Source: an uncultured Gammaproteobacteria bacterium
GTDB taxonomy: Bacteria; Patescibacteriota; Microgenomatia; CAYSOG01
DNA: 64,000 nucleotides
Assembly: GCA_964432675.1 (NCBI GenBank)
Contig: CAYSOG010000005.1
Coordinates: forward strand, 910-64,909
Direction: 5' to 3'
Made by a program: the position numbers and the translations under genes
Shown: in pieces, positions 45,366 to 56,230 of the stretch
How positions within the stretch are numbered: position 1 is the first letter of the stretch
Layout of the letters: each line of letters opens with the position of its first letter
Notes under the pieces: generated by a model
The model's input: the letters and a program-made list of their open reading frames with translations, nothing else
Told to the model about the DNA's origin: nothing
The model's database searches: none

Positions 45366-46747
45366 GACGTATATTCCCCTTCTTTGGTAGCTGGTAAGCG
45401 AACAGAAAAATGCTCAAATATCGAAAATGAACCATATTTTTCGACAAACCGCTTGGCGTCATCGTAGTTACCAATTGAAATGATGCGCTCTATTGACGTG
45501 ACTAGTTCTTCAACCGAAACGTATAACTTAGTAAAATTTGGCCAGGAAATGCCATTACTTTCCTTGATTGCCCCTGCTGCCAAAAAATAGTTCATGGCAA
45601 TAGCATAGCCGCGGGCGTATGGTTCGATATTGGTGTCTTTTAAGTAGTCTTGCCAGTTGGCAAATGCTGAACAAATAAACATGACCATAAGCGCCTCAAA
45701 CTCTTTTTGTTCCATGGCATCCTTAAGGAGCAGTGAACCGCAGGCCTTAATACCAAATGTTGAAGCCAGTAATTCATCAAAAATAGGGAATAATTCACCT
45801 AAACGTTCTTCGGCGTTGCGGTAACGGGTTAAGGGGTGTGATATCTCATGAAGTAGGGTGTTGTTAAACGAGGCTTTCCGTAAGATATCAGTCGGGTAAC
45901 CTTTTTGGAACTCATTTTCAAAAATTGATTGGAATATTGGCAGGCGCAGTGTATCAAAAACATGGTCCATAATGGGCATGAAAATAGTAATTTCCGAGCC
46001 GTAGCGTTCAACAAGATCGGCATCGTTTGGCAAATTTGTACTAGTGAACATAAACCGGGCAATCAGACCAGAAAAAATAACAACATTATCAACCCGAACC
46101 TGGATTTTATCTAAATAATCAACTTTTTCGGATGTCGCTAAGACTTTACGCCTTGCCGTGTAAATGTGGTCTGCTAACTGCAGCGAATCTTTGGTTGCAG
46201 CTCCGTTCATAATCCCTACCCAAGCTTGGTAAGCACACTTCTTAAAAAATAGTTTGTCTTCGTAACGTTCGATTGGGCCGATGACGATGTCAATTTTATA
46301 TGGTTTCATTGAAAGCCAAAAAATGTCGCTGGCTTCATAGGCGCCATCCAAAAGTGCATTCGCTTGAAATTCTAACCGTTTCGCGAATTCCTTGTTTTCA
46401 GTAAGTTGTGCCGCTTCGTTTAATTTTTCTGCAATTGGTAAAAGGAGGGCGTGGTACTTAACATGGTAAGGCACAGCAACTAATTTCCCCTTGTCATTGC
46501 GTTCGACGATAGTATAAGGGTCAAGGATGAGAGGATTTTCAATTGCGGCGTCTTCAATTTCTTCTTTTTTTGCGTCGTGTGGATAAAAATTGGCTCCAGG
46601 GTATTTTCTGTTTTCTTGCTGCAAATACAAGGCCGAAACTAACTCCGCCGCTTCTTTCAGCTTCGCAATAACCTGCCTTTCTGTCTGAGAAAGGTCTGAT
46701 AAGTCTACGGAAAACTCTCTTTGTGGGAGGAAGTTATCGGAAAGCAT
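45362..46747 (-). CDS. Dipeptidyl-peptidase III (M49)-like zinc peptidase, HEXXH type
   Basis: PGANFYP.D, DPYTIV, VPYH..Y, GPIERYEDKLF..K.AY, NLPND, LHEISH. Confidence 0.8.
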   Translation of the reverse strand: MLSDNFLPQREFSVDLSDLSQTERQVIAKLKEAAELVSALYLQQENRKYPGANFYPHDAKKEEIEDAAIENPLILDPYTIVERNDKGKLVAVPYHVKYHALLLPIAEKLNEAAQLTENKEFAKRLEFQANALLDGAYEASDIFWLSMKPYKIDIVIGPIERYEDKLFFKKCAYQAWVGIMNGAATKDSLQLADHIYTARRKVLATSEKVDYLDKIQVRVDNVVIFSGLIARFMFTSTNLPNDADLVERYGSEITIFMPIMDHVFDTLRLPIFQSIFENEFQKGYPTDILRKASFNNTLLHEISHPLTRYRNAEERLGELFPIFDELLASTFGIKACGSLLLKDAMEQKEFEALMVMFICSAFANWQDYLKDTNIEPYARGYAIAMNYFLAAGAIKESNGISWPNFTKLYVSVEELVTSIERIISIGNYDDAKRFVEKYGSFSIFEHFSVRLPATKEGEYTS

Positions 46748-46760
46748 GGATTATCGCCTT

Positions 46761-47234
46761 TTATTTAATATCCAATATTCTGAGCTGCGTTTTAACCGGC
46801 CCTACAGCGATATCCAAGACTTCTCCGGTTTTGGTGCCTAATAATGTTTTACCGACAGGAGATTCGTTTGAAATTCTTCCTTTGGCAGGATCTGCTTCAG
46901 CGCTACCTACGATAATAAACTCGTGAATTTCACCATTCATTTCGCATACAACTGTAGAACCTATCACAACAAAGTCTGTGACGACTTGATTATGAGTTAC
47001 CACAACGGCATTTTTTAAGACCTTTTCTAAATCAGTTATTCTAGCCTCAAGAAGCGATTGTTCTTCTCTGGCATCGTCGTAGGCAGAGTTTTCAGCAATA
47101 TCACCCATTTCTCGGGTTTGTTGCAGCCGCAGTATAACTTCGGGCCGCTTTACTTTCACGAGGTGCTCGTACTCTTCTCTTAAATCTTCTTTACCTTCTT
47201 CTGTGATATAGCTTTTTGGTTTTGTTCCTACCAT
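46761..47234 (-). CDS. greA: Transcription elongation factor GreA
   Basis: GDIAENSAYDDAREEQ, EADP..GRISNESPVG. Confidence 0.96.
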   Translation of the reverse strand: MVGTKPKSYITEEGKEDLREEYEHLVKVKRPEVILRLQQTREMGDIAENSAYDDAREEQSLLEARITDLEKVLKNAVVVTHNQVVTDFVVIGSTVVCEMNGEIHEFIIVGSAEADPAKGRISNESPVGKTLLGTKTGEVLDIAVGPVKTQLRILDIK

Positions 47235-47363
47235 ATTACTTGCTTTGACTACTAGATTAGCCTAAAGTTTTCTTACTGTACCATACTTTAAATTATTTAG
47301 CAATAAACCTATAGTCAATTTATGCTTTCCTAGCGGGCTAATTTGCCAGAAAATTCTGGGGAC

Positions 47364-47389
47364 AAAAAATGAGCATTTTGTAAATGCTC
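47364..47389 (-). terminator. Terminator-like hairpin in the greA leader (possible attenuator)
   Basis: Minus strand GAGCATTT-ACA-AAATGCTC followed by ATTTTTT, about 130 nt upstream of the greA ATG; no upstream gene on that strand. Confidence 0.5.
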
Positions 47390-47492
47390 GCTCATCTTAA
47401 CAAAGACCAAATTAGGATTTTATTAAACAAAAGGTACACCAGGATTTACCCAACAGCCATATTTTGGTACAATTAGGAACAAGTTTTACCAA

Positions 47493-47566
47493 GGCCCCAT
47501 CGTCTAGCGGTTTAGGACACCTGGTTCTCATCCAGGAGATCGCCGGTTCGAATCCGGCTGGGGCTA
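47493..47566 (+). tRNA. tRNA-Glu (anticodon CTC), CCA not encoded
   Basis: Acceptor GGCCCCA/TGGGGCT; D arm GTC..GAC; anticodon arm CCTGG-TTCTCAT-CCAGG; T arm GCCGG-TTCGAAT-CCGGC. Confidence 0.96.
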
Positions 47567-47634
47567 CATACCCATCAAATAAAATAGACGTTTATACTCC
47601 AACTCTTTATTAGCACTACTGTTATACTAAAAAC

Positions 47635-48873
47635 ATGCTGCGGTTTCTTATCAAAAAAGCCTTTGGGGTAGTTAACCAAAGAACGAATTATAATCTAAGG
47701 ATTAAATTTGCCGACGGTAGTACTTGGGAACACTTAGGCGGTGGTCATGAAATAACTATTGTCTTTAAGAAGCGGCGTGCAGAATTCAATTCGCTTTTAT
47801 TAACCGATGTTGGTTTTATGGAATCGTATTTTAAAGGCGATATTGATATCTTGGGCGAAGATGCTTTACGCGAAGTCATTCGCACATCCCTTGAACTGCC
47901 AGATACCAACGATATAGAAAAAGAACTATTTAACCCAATTGCTAGGATAAAGCGACTTTTGTATGAAGCAAAAGTCAACAACAAGAGCTTTGCGCAAGCC
48001 AAGAAAAACGCCTATTTCCATTACAATTTACCAGCTGAATTTTTTCATCTTTTCCTTGGGGAGACATACGCTTACTCCGAAGCCTATTATCATGACGGCG
48101 ATGAGACATTAGATGAAGCCCAGGTAAAAAAATATAACTATGTTGCCAAAAAACTGTTGCTAAAACCAGGAGATAAGTTAGTAGAAGTTGGTAGCGCGTA
48201 TGGCTATATGTCTATTTTGGCGGCGGAAAAATATGGGGCAGACGTTACAAATTATGGCCTGGTCGCTGAACAAAATAGGGTAATGCAAGAAAAAATTGAC
48301 CAAAAAAACCTTGGGGATAAAGTACGAATTGTTGTCAAAGACCACCGGGAATTAAAGTATGAACCTGGTACGTACGATAAATTCGTTTCACTCGGTGTCC
48401 ATGAGCATGCCGGAAAAGACTGTAACAGACAGTGGATTGAAAGCATTGCGACTGCTCTTAGACCTGGCGGCGTTGGCCTTATTTCGTGTACAACACATAT
48501 GGAAAGGATGCTCGGACCATATTTGATAACAAAACATATATTCCCGGGCGGCTACATTCCAAGCGTATCGGAAACATTAAGTCTTATGGAAGAGTATGGA
48601 TTGAATGTTGTGGATATGGAAAGCTTGCGGCATCATTATTATCTAACATCTAACCAATGGTATAAGAACTTTATTGATAACTGGGACAAAATTCAGCAGA
48701 TAAATCCAAACTTGTTTAACGAATATTTCAAAAGAAAATGGTCACTTTACCTTTTAGGTTTTTGTGAATCACTCAAACACGAAAAGGCAAAAATAGATGT
48801 GTTCCATATCGTATTTACAAAAGGTAGAAACAAAGAATATTATCCTATTACAAGGGATTTTTTATATAAATGA
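47635..48873 (+). CDS. cfa: Cyclopropane-fatty-acyl-phospholipid synthase family SAM methyltransferase
   Basis: ESYFKGD, HYNL, YSEAY, TLDEAQ..K, LKPGDKLVEVGS, EHAG, HIFPGGYIPS. Confidence 0.88.
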   Translation: MLRFLIKKAFGVVNQRTNYNLRIKFADGSTWEHLGGGHEITIVFKKRRAEFNSLLLTDVGFMESYFKGDIDILGEDALREVIRTSLELPDTNDIEKELFNPIARIKRLLYEAKVNNKSFAQAKKNAYFHYNLPAEFFHLFLGETYAYSEAYYHDGDETLDEAQVKKYNYVAKKLLLKPGDKLVEVGSAYGYMSILAAEKYGADVTNYGLVAEQNRVMQEKIDQKNLGDKVRIVVKDHRELKYEPGTYDKFVSLGVHEHAGKDCNRQWIESIATALRPGGVGLISCTTHMERMLGPYLITKHIFPGGYIPSVSETLSLMEEYGLNVVDMESLRHHYYLTSNQWYKNFIDNWDKIQQINPNLFNEYFKRKWSLYLLGFCESLKHEKAKIDVFHIVFTKGRNKEYYPITRDFLYK

Positions 48874-48878
48874 CCAAG

Positions 48879-48916
48879 AAAAAAGGCGACAGTTTTACCT
48901 GTCGCCCGAATTTTTA
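48879..48916. terminator. Bidirectional terminator between convergent genes
   Basis: AAAAAA-GGCGACAG...CTGTCGCC...TTTTT. Confidence 0.6.
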
Positions 48917-48927
48917 TTGTATCTATG

Positions 48928-49698
48928 TTACCTAAAAGCTTCCTGATTTATAAACGGATCGTCAGGCAACCGAATAAACGGACAAATTCGCCGTTTCTTT
49001 GCCATCACAAAGTGAGCTGCAACCTTGAGCGTGCTTGAACCTTGGCCCTTTGGACCTTGGCGAGCGCGGTCTAATCTTGAATCGGCATACATATCCGATA
49101 GCCAAAAGATCATACCAAGTACAAAAGCCATCAGCATAATGCCACCCAAGAAACCGCCCACAATGATAAGTAGTTTTATAAGACCAATCTTGCCAACGAG
49201 AAAGTGGTAAAGCAGGCCTAGCCCAACCAAAAGTGTTACTGTCCACGGATAGATAACACGCATAGTTCCTGTCTTAAAGAACCAATGGCAAAAGCTTCTT
49301 AGGCCATGTAGCCAAAGCCACACGAAAGGCGGGCTAACTAGATCGAAGAATTTCATCAGGCCTTCCCGATCGAAAAGCATATAAACATAATACGTGTATA
49401 AGACAGATAGTATAACAAGCCAAAGTCGTTCGCTTGTATTTCCTGCCCAAAAGGCCAGAAGCCATATTGGCGTTAGGATAAGCATCCAGGGCCGTATTTT
49501 CCAGATAAGTGGTACTTTGAAGAACCAATAAAGTGGCGTCCAGAATAAGAGAACCCGCATATAGTGGCAAAGATTTTCGCGGTAACCAGGTCTGTTATGG
49601 CCGCCATGCATTATCCACCATCGGTACAAATGGTAATGCCAAGCATACCTGTTGACATCGATTTCGCCGCTTAGAAATTCCTTAATACGATCAAACAC
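48928..49698 (-). CDS. Trp-rich hypothetical membrane protein
   Basis: Several TM segments; NLCHY and K-x2-ICP motifs; AAGGAG SD. Confidence 0.7.
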   Translation of the reverse strand: MFDRIKEFLSGEIDVNRYAWHYHLYRWWIMHGGHNRPGYRENLCHYMRVLLFWTPLYWFFKVPLIWKIRPWMLILTPIWLLAFWAGNTSERLWLVILSVLYTYYVYMLFDREGLMKFFDLVSPPFVWLWLHGLRSFCHWFFKTGTMRVIYPWTVTLLVGLGLLYHFLVGKIGLIKLLIIVGGFLGGIMLMAFVLGMIFWLSDMYADSRLDRARQGPKGQGSSTLKVAAHFVMAKKRRICPFIRLPDDPFINQEAFR

Positions 49699-49753
49699 CT
49701 TGTACTCCTTGTCTTAGTATTTGTGATGTGTGAGAGCAGTTGTTCAAATAACC

Positions 49754-50002
49754 CTAAGTCGTACCGAAATCTCGCCGAAGTCGCTCAAGCGTTTCTCGAG
49801 CATTACGGAATTCCCGACTAACACGATCCAGCGCGAGATCCACTCTTCCGATGGTAAAAAAGCCCTCCAAAATAGCTTCTTGTTGATCTGGTGTTAGCAA
49901 CAAGAAATTGGCCGGCAGATCAAGAAGATAATCTTCCTGTATACCTTTATCAAGTGTTTGAAAATAAGCTGCTAGTTTGTACTTCCCCTCATTTTCTGCC
50001 AC
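49754..50002 (-). CDS. Small hypothetical protein
   Basis: AAGGAG SD before a GTG start; 82 aa. Confidence 0.5.
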   Translation of the reverse strand: MAENEGKYKLAAYFQTLDKGIQEDYLLDLPANFLLLTPDQQEAILEGFFTIGRVDLALDRVSREFRNARETLERLRRDFGTT

Positions 50003-50077
50003 TGAATACTACTCCTTTAGGATCAACATGTGATAGTACTAAGAGTTGTCATGGTATCTAGTATCAGCTGTTATAGC

Positions 50078-50470
50078 TTATGTGTTGTTTGGAGAATTCA
50101 ATGCATCAATTGCAGTGGTAATAAGCAATGCGATAACCTCTACGGCTTCCTCAGTATCCGTTGGGGTAGCTGAAAGAAGCTGCTTGAGTGCTGTAACCAT
50201 TTCATGTTCGTTAATTATTGGCTGCGTTGTACTGTGATCGTGTTCCTGCCGCAGGGCAATAGCTTTTTGGATATAGGTGTAACTGTCCTCGCCTGCTTCT
50301 GCCGCTAACCGGCAAACTTCCTGGTACAAGTCGCCCTCAATAGTCATATCATCGGGCGGCGGGTAAGGAGTTGGTCTTAATCGTCCGCGATTAACCCGGG
50401 TTGCCATTATCCCAAACTTTTTCTCTGATCCCGGCCGTAGATATTCGAAATCATCAGATGCCTCGCTCAT
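50078..50470 (-). CDS. Hypothetical protein (central segment loosely ribbon-helix-helix-like)
   Basis: AAGGAG SD; MTIEGDLYQEVCRLAAEAGEDSYTYIQKAI segment. Confidence 0.5.
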   Translation of the reverse strand: MSEASDDFEYLRPGSEKKFGIMATRVNRGRLRPTPYPPPDDMTIEGDLYQEVCRLAAEAGEDSYTYIQKAIALRQEHDHSTTQPIINEHEMVTALKQLLSATPTDTEEAVEVIALLITTAIDALNSPNNT

Positions 50471-50597
50471 GGTAGGTCTCCTTTAACAATGCTAATTAGG
50501 TTATTAAGGTACGGCAATATTGTAGCACAATGGGCTAAATTTTTACTATAAGTTTTATTGAATGGGGAAATAAAAGGAATGCAATATTCTAAGATGC

Positions 50598-52628
50598 CTA
50601 CGGGCGAAGGAAACGAACTATGAGGAGGGCGACTATGTTCATAACTTTAATCATAGGGTTTAATGCAGGCCCGGCAGTATCTTTGTACGGGTCACCAACC
50701 GTGTCACCGGTTACGGCTGCTTGATGGGCAAAACTACCCTTGCCACCTAAATTACCAGCTTCTATGTATTTCTTAGTATTATCCCAAGCAGCACCGCCCG
50801 TGGTCATGGATATGGCCACAAAAATACCGGTTACAATTGAACCAACCAAAAAGCCTCCAAGAGCTCTTGCATTTAAGGCCGTGCCAACCAAAATTGGTGC
50901 TATGACTGTGATAAGGGCCGGGATAATCATGTTAATTTGCGCGCGCTTGGTAACAATCGAAACGATCGCGGCATAATCAGGCTTGGCTTTGCCACTCATG
51001 ATACCTTTAATTTCTTTAAACTGGCGGCGAACTTCAAAAACTACAGCTTTGGCACTATTGCCGACTGCTTCCATGGCAAAGGCTGCAAAGAGGAACGGAA
51101 TACTGCCGCCTAAGAACAAACCAATAAGGACATACGGATCACTGAGAAGAAACTGGACCGAGTGGCCAAAAGTCCGGAGTTCTTGGGTGTAAGCTGAGAA
51201 AAGAACTAATGAAGCAAGAGCCGCCGAAGCGATAGCGTACCCTTTCGTCACCGCTTTGGTTGTATTGCCTACGGCATCAAGTGGATCGGTAACATCACGG
51301 GCCGATTGGGGCAAGTTCGCCATTTCGGCAATGCCGCCGGCATTATCAGTAATTGGGCCAAAGGCGTCAATTGCCACAACAATACCAGTTAGCGACAACA
51401 TTGAAACTGCCGCAATTGCGACACCGTACAGGTTTGCCAGTGAAAAGGCAAGCAATATTGCCGCTGTTATAACTAAAATCGGTGCAAAGGTTGACTTCAT
51501 ACCGACCGCTATACCGGCAATAATATTAGTGGCATGGCCAGATTCTGAAGCCTGGGCAATGCCTTGCACCGGACGAAATTTCTTTGAAGTATAGTATTCG
51601 GTTATTAAGACCATCAAAAATGTCACGGCAATGCCAATAAGCGATACGAAGTAGATATTTATGGCAGAAAGGTTAAGCTGGTTATCACGCATTAAGACCA
51701 TGGTGATTGGATAGAACAATAACCCTGCAATAACTGCTGACACGATGAGGCCAAAATAAAGCGCCATCATAATAGAGCCATTTTTTGGCAGGCGCACGAA
51801 AAAGATACCGATGATTGTGGCAACTATGGAAGCTGCGGAAAGTGCTAATGGATAGATAAGAGCGTTGGCAAAATTTGGAAAAATCAGCGAGCCTAATAAA
51901 ATTGCGGAAGCAGCTGTTACAACATATGTTTCAAATAGGTCTGCGGCCATACCAGCAGTATCACCAACATTGTCACCAACGTTGTCGGCAATAACAGCAG
52001 GATTTCTCGGGTCGTCTTCGGGAATATTTTGTTCGACTTTTCCAACTAAATCCGCACCGACATCGGCTGCCTTTGTATATATCCCGCCGCCTAGTCTGGC
52101 AAAAACTGAAATTAAGCTGCCACCAAATGACAAGCCGATGAGCGCTTCAACACGACCCTGGGTTAAGGCATAGGTTGCCGCAATAACCAGTAGCGCTAGT
52201 CCAACCAATATTAAACCGGTAATCGAACCGCCGCGGAAGGCCATATCTAAAGCACTCGACAACCCCTTTGTCGCTGCCTGAGCCGTACGCACATTTGCAC
52301 GAACCGAGATATTCATGCCGATAAACCCGGCCAGTGCCGAAGCAATAGCACCAACCAAAAAACCGATTGCCTGATAATTACCAACAAAATAATACAATAA
52401 GCCAAAAATAATCACGGCAACGACGCCAACAATCATGTATTGTTGGCGCAAATAAGAAGTTGCACCTTGTTGAATAGCCTGGGCAATTTCTATCATCTTG
52501 GCGTTACCTTGTGGTTGCCGTAATACCCATAGCGATAAGAAGATGCCAAACGCTATAGCTAATACCGACGACCCAAGTATTGTCGCCATGGCATTGGTCT
52601 GCGAAAATAATAATCGGAAAATCTCCAT
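50598..52628 (-). CDS. hppA: Membrane-bound H+-translocating pyrophosphatase, K+-independent type
   Basis: [44 protein letters not shown] (Lys marks the K+-independent class), [11 protein letters not shown]. Confidence 0.95.
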   Translation of the reverse strand: MEIFRLLFSQTNAMATILGSSVLAIAFGIFLSLWVLRQPQGNAKMIEIAQAIQQGATSYLRQQYMIVGVVAVIIFGLLYYFVGNYQAIGFLVGAIASALAGFIGMNISVRANVRTAQAATKGLSSALDMAFRGGSITGLILVGLALLVIAATYALTQGRVEALIGLSFGGSLISVFARLGGGIYTKAADVGADLVGKVEQNIPEDDPRNPAVIADNVGDNVGDTAGMAADLFETYVVTAASAILLGSLIFPNFANALIYPLALSAASIVATIIGIFFVRLPKNGSIMMALYFGLIVSAVIAGLLFYPITMVLMRDNQLNLSAINIYFVSLIGIAVTFLMVLITEYYTSKKFRPVQGIAQASESGHATNIIAGIAVGMKSTFAPILVITAAILLAFSLANLYGVAIAAVSMLSLTGIVVAIDAFGPITDNAGGIAEMANLPQSARDVTDPLDAVGNTTKAVTKGYAIASAALASLVLFSAYTQELRTFGHSVQFLLSDPYVLIGLFLGGSIPFLFAAFAMEAVGNSAKAVVFEVRRQFKEIKGIMSGKAKPDYAAIVSIVTKRAQINMIIPALITVIAPILVGTALNARALGGFLVGSIVTGIFVAISMTTGGAAWDNTKKYIEAGNLGGKGSFAHQAAVTGDTVGDPYKDTAGPALNPMIKVMNIVALLIVRFLRP

Positions 52629-52729
52629 GTATTTATTAAGTTTACAAGCTTTGTTTGAAAAATGTAAAGCGGCCAGAAAGGGGTAGTACAACCTGACCGT
52701 TAGCAGATGGCGTTAATAGTAATGCGAAG

Positions 52730-54277
52730 CTAGTGTTTTGTCAAGAAGCCATTACTTCCCTCATTTTTTGGCTCATGAATAGTGAAAAAAGAAACAATCG
52801 CACTTAAAAATGCCAAAAATGCCGCAATGCCTATTGCCCACCGGAACCCATAGACAAATGATTCATCAATAATATTCTGCGTTTGCTGTTGTTGGCTGCC
52901 AGAAAAACCTACGGGTATAGTAATAGCACCAAGTTTGTCTTTTTGGTTTAAGATTTGCTCTTTTTGTGGTTGCGACAAGCTGCTTGCTCCAAGTACATGT
53001 TCAAGACGTGTGCCAAACGTTGTTAATACAACAGCGCCTAACATGACAACGGCTAATAATCCGGCAATTCTAGATACAGCGTTATTGATACCTGAAGCCG
53101 TACCGGAATAATTTGGGTCAACCGAAAGCGCTGACTTCGTTAACGGGGCTATGACAAGTGACATACCAAGGCCAAAAAGAATTAATCCCGGTAGAAACGA
53201 CGTAAAATAATTAGTATGGTTTGTCGGCAAAATAAACGAGGCCATACCGATTGCCACTAGCATAGGGCCGATAATCATAGGTACTCGTGGGCCAAACCGG
53301 TCTGCAATCATGCCGCCAGGACCTGACAATAGTGCTATGAGAATAATTGCTGGCGTTAAGCCTAAACCTGCAAAGATTTGAGAGTAATGTTGGATCTGCA
53401 GTAAATTCAAAGCCAGAAAAAAGATTACGCCGCTTAAGGCAAAATAAAGGAAAAGCGTTACTAAGTTTGCCCCAACCACCAAAGGTTTTTTAAATATCGC
53501 AAACGGTACGATTGGTTCTGTCACTTTCTTTTCCTCGATAACAAATGCAATTACTCCAATAACGCCAACGAGCAAACCGCCAATAACCGTTATATTGTTC
53601 CACCCAAATGCCGGCCCGTTAATAAGCGCAAAGGCAAAACCAAATAGGGCTATAAAGACTAAAAGCGCACCAATATAGTCTAACTGCTTCATTAACTCGT
53701 TCTTTGATTCGGGAATAAATTTGAGCGTTAAAAGTAGTGCCAAAATACCAAGCGGGATATTAATGAAGAATATCGCAGGCCAGCCAAATGTTTGGACTAG
53801 AAAGCCGCCGACAAATGGTCCGAGTGCTGCCAGGCCCGCCGAAAATCCAGACCATATACCTATAGCGCTACCACGGATATTTGGGGCAAACGACCGGTCA
53901 ATAATACTTAAACTGCCTGGCACCATCATTGCCGCCCCAATACCTTGCACGCAGCGCAACAACATTAAAGGTGTTACTGATCGAGATAGGCCGCAAAGAA
54001 ATGAAGATACGGTAAAAAGTCCAATACCATAGAGGAAAATCCGCTTCCGGCCGAACTTATCACCGAGCGAACCGCTAATCAAAATTAAAGAGGAAAGAAA
54101 TAGCGCATAGCCGTTAACAATCCATTGTATTTGAGTAAATGTAGCGTTTAGCTGTGTTTGGATCGTCGGAATGGCAATGGTGACAACACTACCGTCTAAA
54201 AAAGCCATGCCGCTGGCTAAAATTGTTGCCCCTAAAATCGCAATGCCGTGTGGTGAATTGATTTTGTAACCTGCCAT
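52730..54277 (-). CDS. MFS drug:H+ antiporter (DHA2, 14 TMS)
   Basis: FLDGSVVTIAIP, GSLGDKFGRKR, GPFVGG..WPAIFFINIP. Confidence 0.9.
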   Translation of the reverse strand: MAGYKINSPHGIAILGATILASGMAFLDGSVVTIAIPTIQTQLNATFTQIQWIVNGYALFLSSLILISGSLGDKFGRKRIFLYGIGLFTVSSFLCGLSRSVTPLMLLRCVQGIGAAMMVPGSLSIIDRSFAPNIRGSAIGIWSGFSAGLAALGPFVGGFLVQTFGWPAIFFINIPLGILALLLTLKFIPESKNELMKQLDYIGALLVFIALFGFAFALINGPAFGWNNITVIGGLLVGVIGVIAFVIEEKKVTEPIVPFAIFKKPLVVGANLVTLFLYFALSGVIFFLALNLLQIQHYSQIFAGLGLTPAIILIALLSGPGGMIADRFGPRVPMIIGPMLVAIGMASFILPTNHTNYFTSFLPGLILFGLGMSLVIAPLTKSALSVDPNYSGTASGINNAVSRIAGLLAVVMLGAVVLTTFGTRLEHVLGASSLSQPQKEQILNQKDKLGAITIPVGFSGSQQQQTQNIIDESFVYGFRWAIGIAAFLAFLSAIVSFFTIHEPKNEGSNGFLTKH

Positions 54278-54335
54278 TGGTAATTTTATCTTCTTACGAG
54301 GCAGAATAGAAAGTCAAGCTTGGTATATTCCCTAC

Positions 54336-56117
54336 TTAATGGCCATGGCTTATATCTTGGCCATGTTTGGCAATTGCTTTCGGCAGGGATATTGAAGCGA
54401 GTAACCCAAGCAAGGCGAATAACGAGACCAGTAAAAATGCCGTTTTAGCCGAATCAACTGTTGCCTGCTTGATAATAGCGCTAACATCGGCCGCAACTTT
54501 GGGCGGCAGTACGTTCGATGATAAGGCGTTACTGCCAAATTCAATATTCGTTGATTGCTTTGTAACTACTTGCTCAATACGAGACTTATACGCCGGTGGC
54601 ACAACCTGGCTAGTCGCAATATTTGTATTAACGTTTGAAACGATAAGCGAAAGCAGCACGGCGCCGATAATAGAAGAACCAAGGGTCGTACCAACCTGGC
54701 GTACCGTATTATTAACACCGGCAGCTTCACCAGCTTGCTGGACCGAAACGGCTGATAGGGTTAAGTTACTAATCGGTGCCATAACCAATCCCATACCGCA
54801 TCCGTAAAGGATGAGGCCAGGCGCTAAGCTGATTATCGAAGCGTCAACACCAAAACTTTGTCGCATGACCAAAACCGCAATCGCGTTTAACAAAAGACCA
54901 GCCTGGATTAACCGCTTGGGTGATATTCTTTGGCTTAATATACCAGAAAGTGGCGCCACAATAAGCATAGGTGCTGACATAGGCGCCATGGCAAAGCCGG
55001 TATGCAAGGCGTCTAAATGGGCCACTGATTGTAAATACACTGGCAAGGTAAAAATTAATCCCATCATACCAAGCGACATAATACCTGTTGTTAATACTCC
55101 GGCGGTAAATGCTCGATTGTGAAAAATCTTCATCGAAACTAATGGCGTGCCTCCGACACGGTCAACATGTAATTCCCACTCATAGAATAAGTCTAAAAAC
55201 AGCAGCCCAAATAATATCGCGATCGGCGTAATTGAGACGCCAAAAATATTAAATGACCATGCACCAAGTGCAATGTCTTGCTTTGAAATAAACCAGCCAT
55301 ACGTCGATGACTCAATAACACCCCAGGCCACTGAAAGCAAACCAAACGCAGAAAGCAAAACGCCAACAATATCAAGTTTTGGCTTCTCTTCCACATCCCG
55401 GGATTCTTTAATAAGCACCGAACCAATTAAAAGTAATGCCGCAACAACAACATTAATCCGAAATGCCCAACGCCAACTGAATTCATTTGTTAAAAAGCCG
55501 CCCAAGATCGGACCGATGGAAGAAGAAGCCGCGGCAATGCCACCCCAAATACCAAATGCAATCGCCCTATCTCTTCCTTGAAAACTAGCAACCAAAAGTG
55601 AAGCTGTGGCTGGCAGCATTAAGGCGGCTCCAATGCCTTCAATAACCGATTCACCTGCTAATAGCGTGCCGACATTTGGGCTTATCGATGCAATAAATGA
55701 GCCAACGGCAAAGATTGCCGCTCCTGCCATAAACATTTTTTTGCGGCCAAATAAGTCACCTAACCTGCCGCCAGTAATCGTTAAGGAAGCTAACATTAAG
55801 GCATAAACGGTAATAACCCACTGTAAACTTTGGATATTGGTGTGCAATTCATGAATAATAGTCGAAAGCGAAACGTTGAGGACTGTTGTATCAATGATAA
55901 TAATTGCCAATGCTAAACTAAGAACGATAAGGCTGCCCCACTTTTTCAGGAAGCTTGGGTGGACTGGCACAACTTCCTTGAAGTTGGACGTTTGATCATC
56001 ATCAGTGTCTGTCATATTAACAGCCTGATTGTTAGCCGGGCTTTCGAATGGTTGTGGAGGAAGTTCTTCTTGTTCCATCATAAGCGTTTTTTGTTGGGCA
56101 ATGGTATATGGTAGCAT
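54336..56117 (-). CDS. MFS drug:H+ antiporter (DHA2, 14 TMS)
   Basis: IDTTVLNVSL, GRLGDLFGRKK, GPILGG..WRWAFRIN. Confidence 0.9.
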   Translation of the reverse strand: MLPYTIAQQKTLMMEQEELPPQPFESPANNQAVNMTDTDDDQTSNFKEVVPVHPSFLKKWGSLIVLSLALAIIIIDTTVLNVSLSTIIHELHTNIQSLQWVITVYALMLASLTITGGRLGDLFGRKKMFMAGAAIFAVGSFIASISPNVGTLLAGESVIEGIGAALMLPATASLLVASFQGRDRAIAFGIWGGIAAASSSIGPILGGFLTNEFSWRWAFRINVVVAALLLIGSVLIKESRDVEEKPKLDIVGVLLSAFGLLSVAWGVIESSTYGWFISKQDIALGAWSFNIFGVSITPIAILFGLLFLDLFYEWELHVDRVGGTPLVSMKIFHNRAFTAGVLTTGIMSLGMMGLIFTLPVYLQSVAHLDALHTGFAMAPMSAPMLIVAPLSGILSQRISPKRLIQAGLLLNAIAVLVMRQSFGVDASIISLAPGLILYGCGMGLVMAPISNLTLSAVSVQQAGEAAGVNNTVRQVGTTLGSSIIGAVLLSLIVSNVNTNIATSQVVPPAYKSRIEQVVTKQSTNIEFGSNALSSNVLPPKVAADVSAIIKQATVDSAKTAFLLVSLFALLGLLASISLPKAIAKHGQDISHGH

Positions 56118-56230
56118 AATCTAAGTATCATGTCATTAGAGGAGTACTTAGAACACTTCGGCTTAAAACCATTTACTCAAAGTATTCTCAGGTGGTTTTC
56201 AGTAGCTACCACTATACTTCCTTATTACCC

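Noticed and set aside
47493-50600. Prophage or integrative element at tRNA-Glu
   Set aside because: No integrase, phage genes or duplicated tRNA 3' end found.
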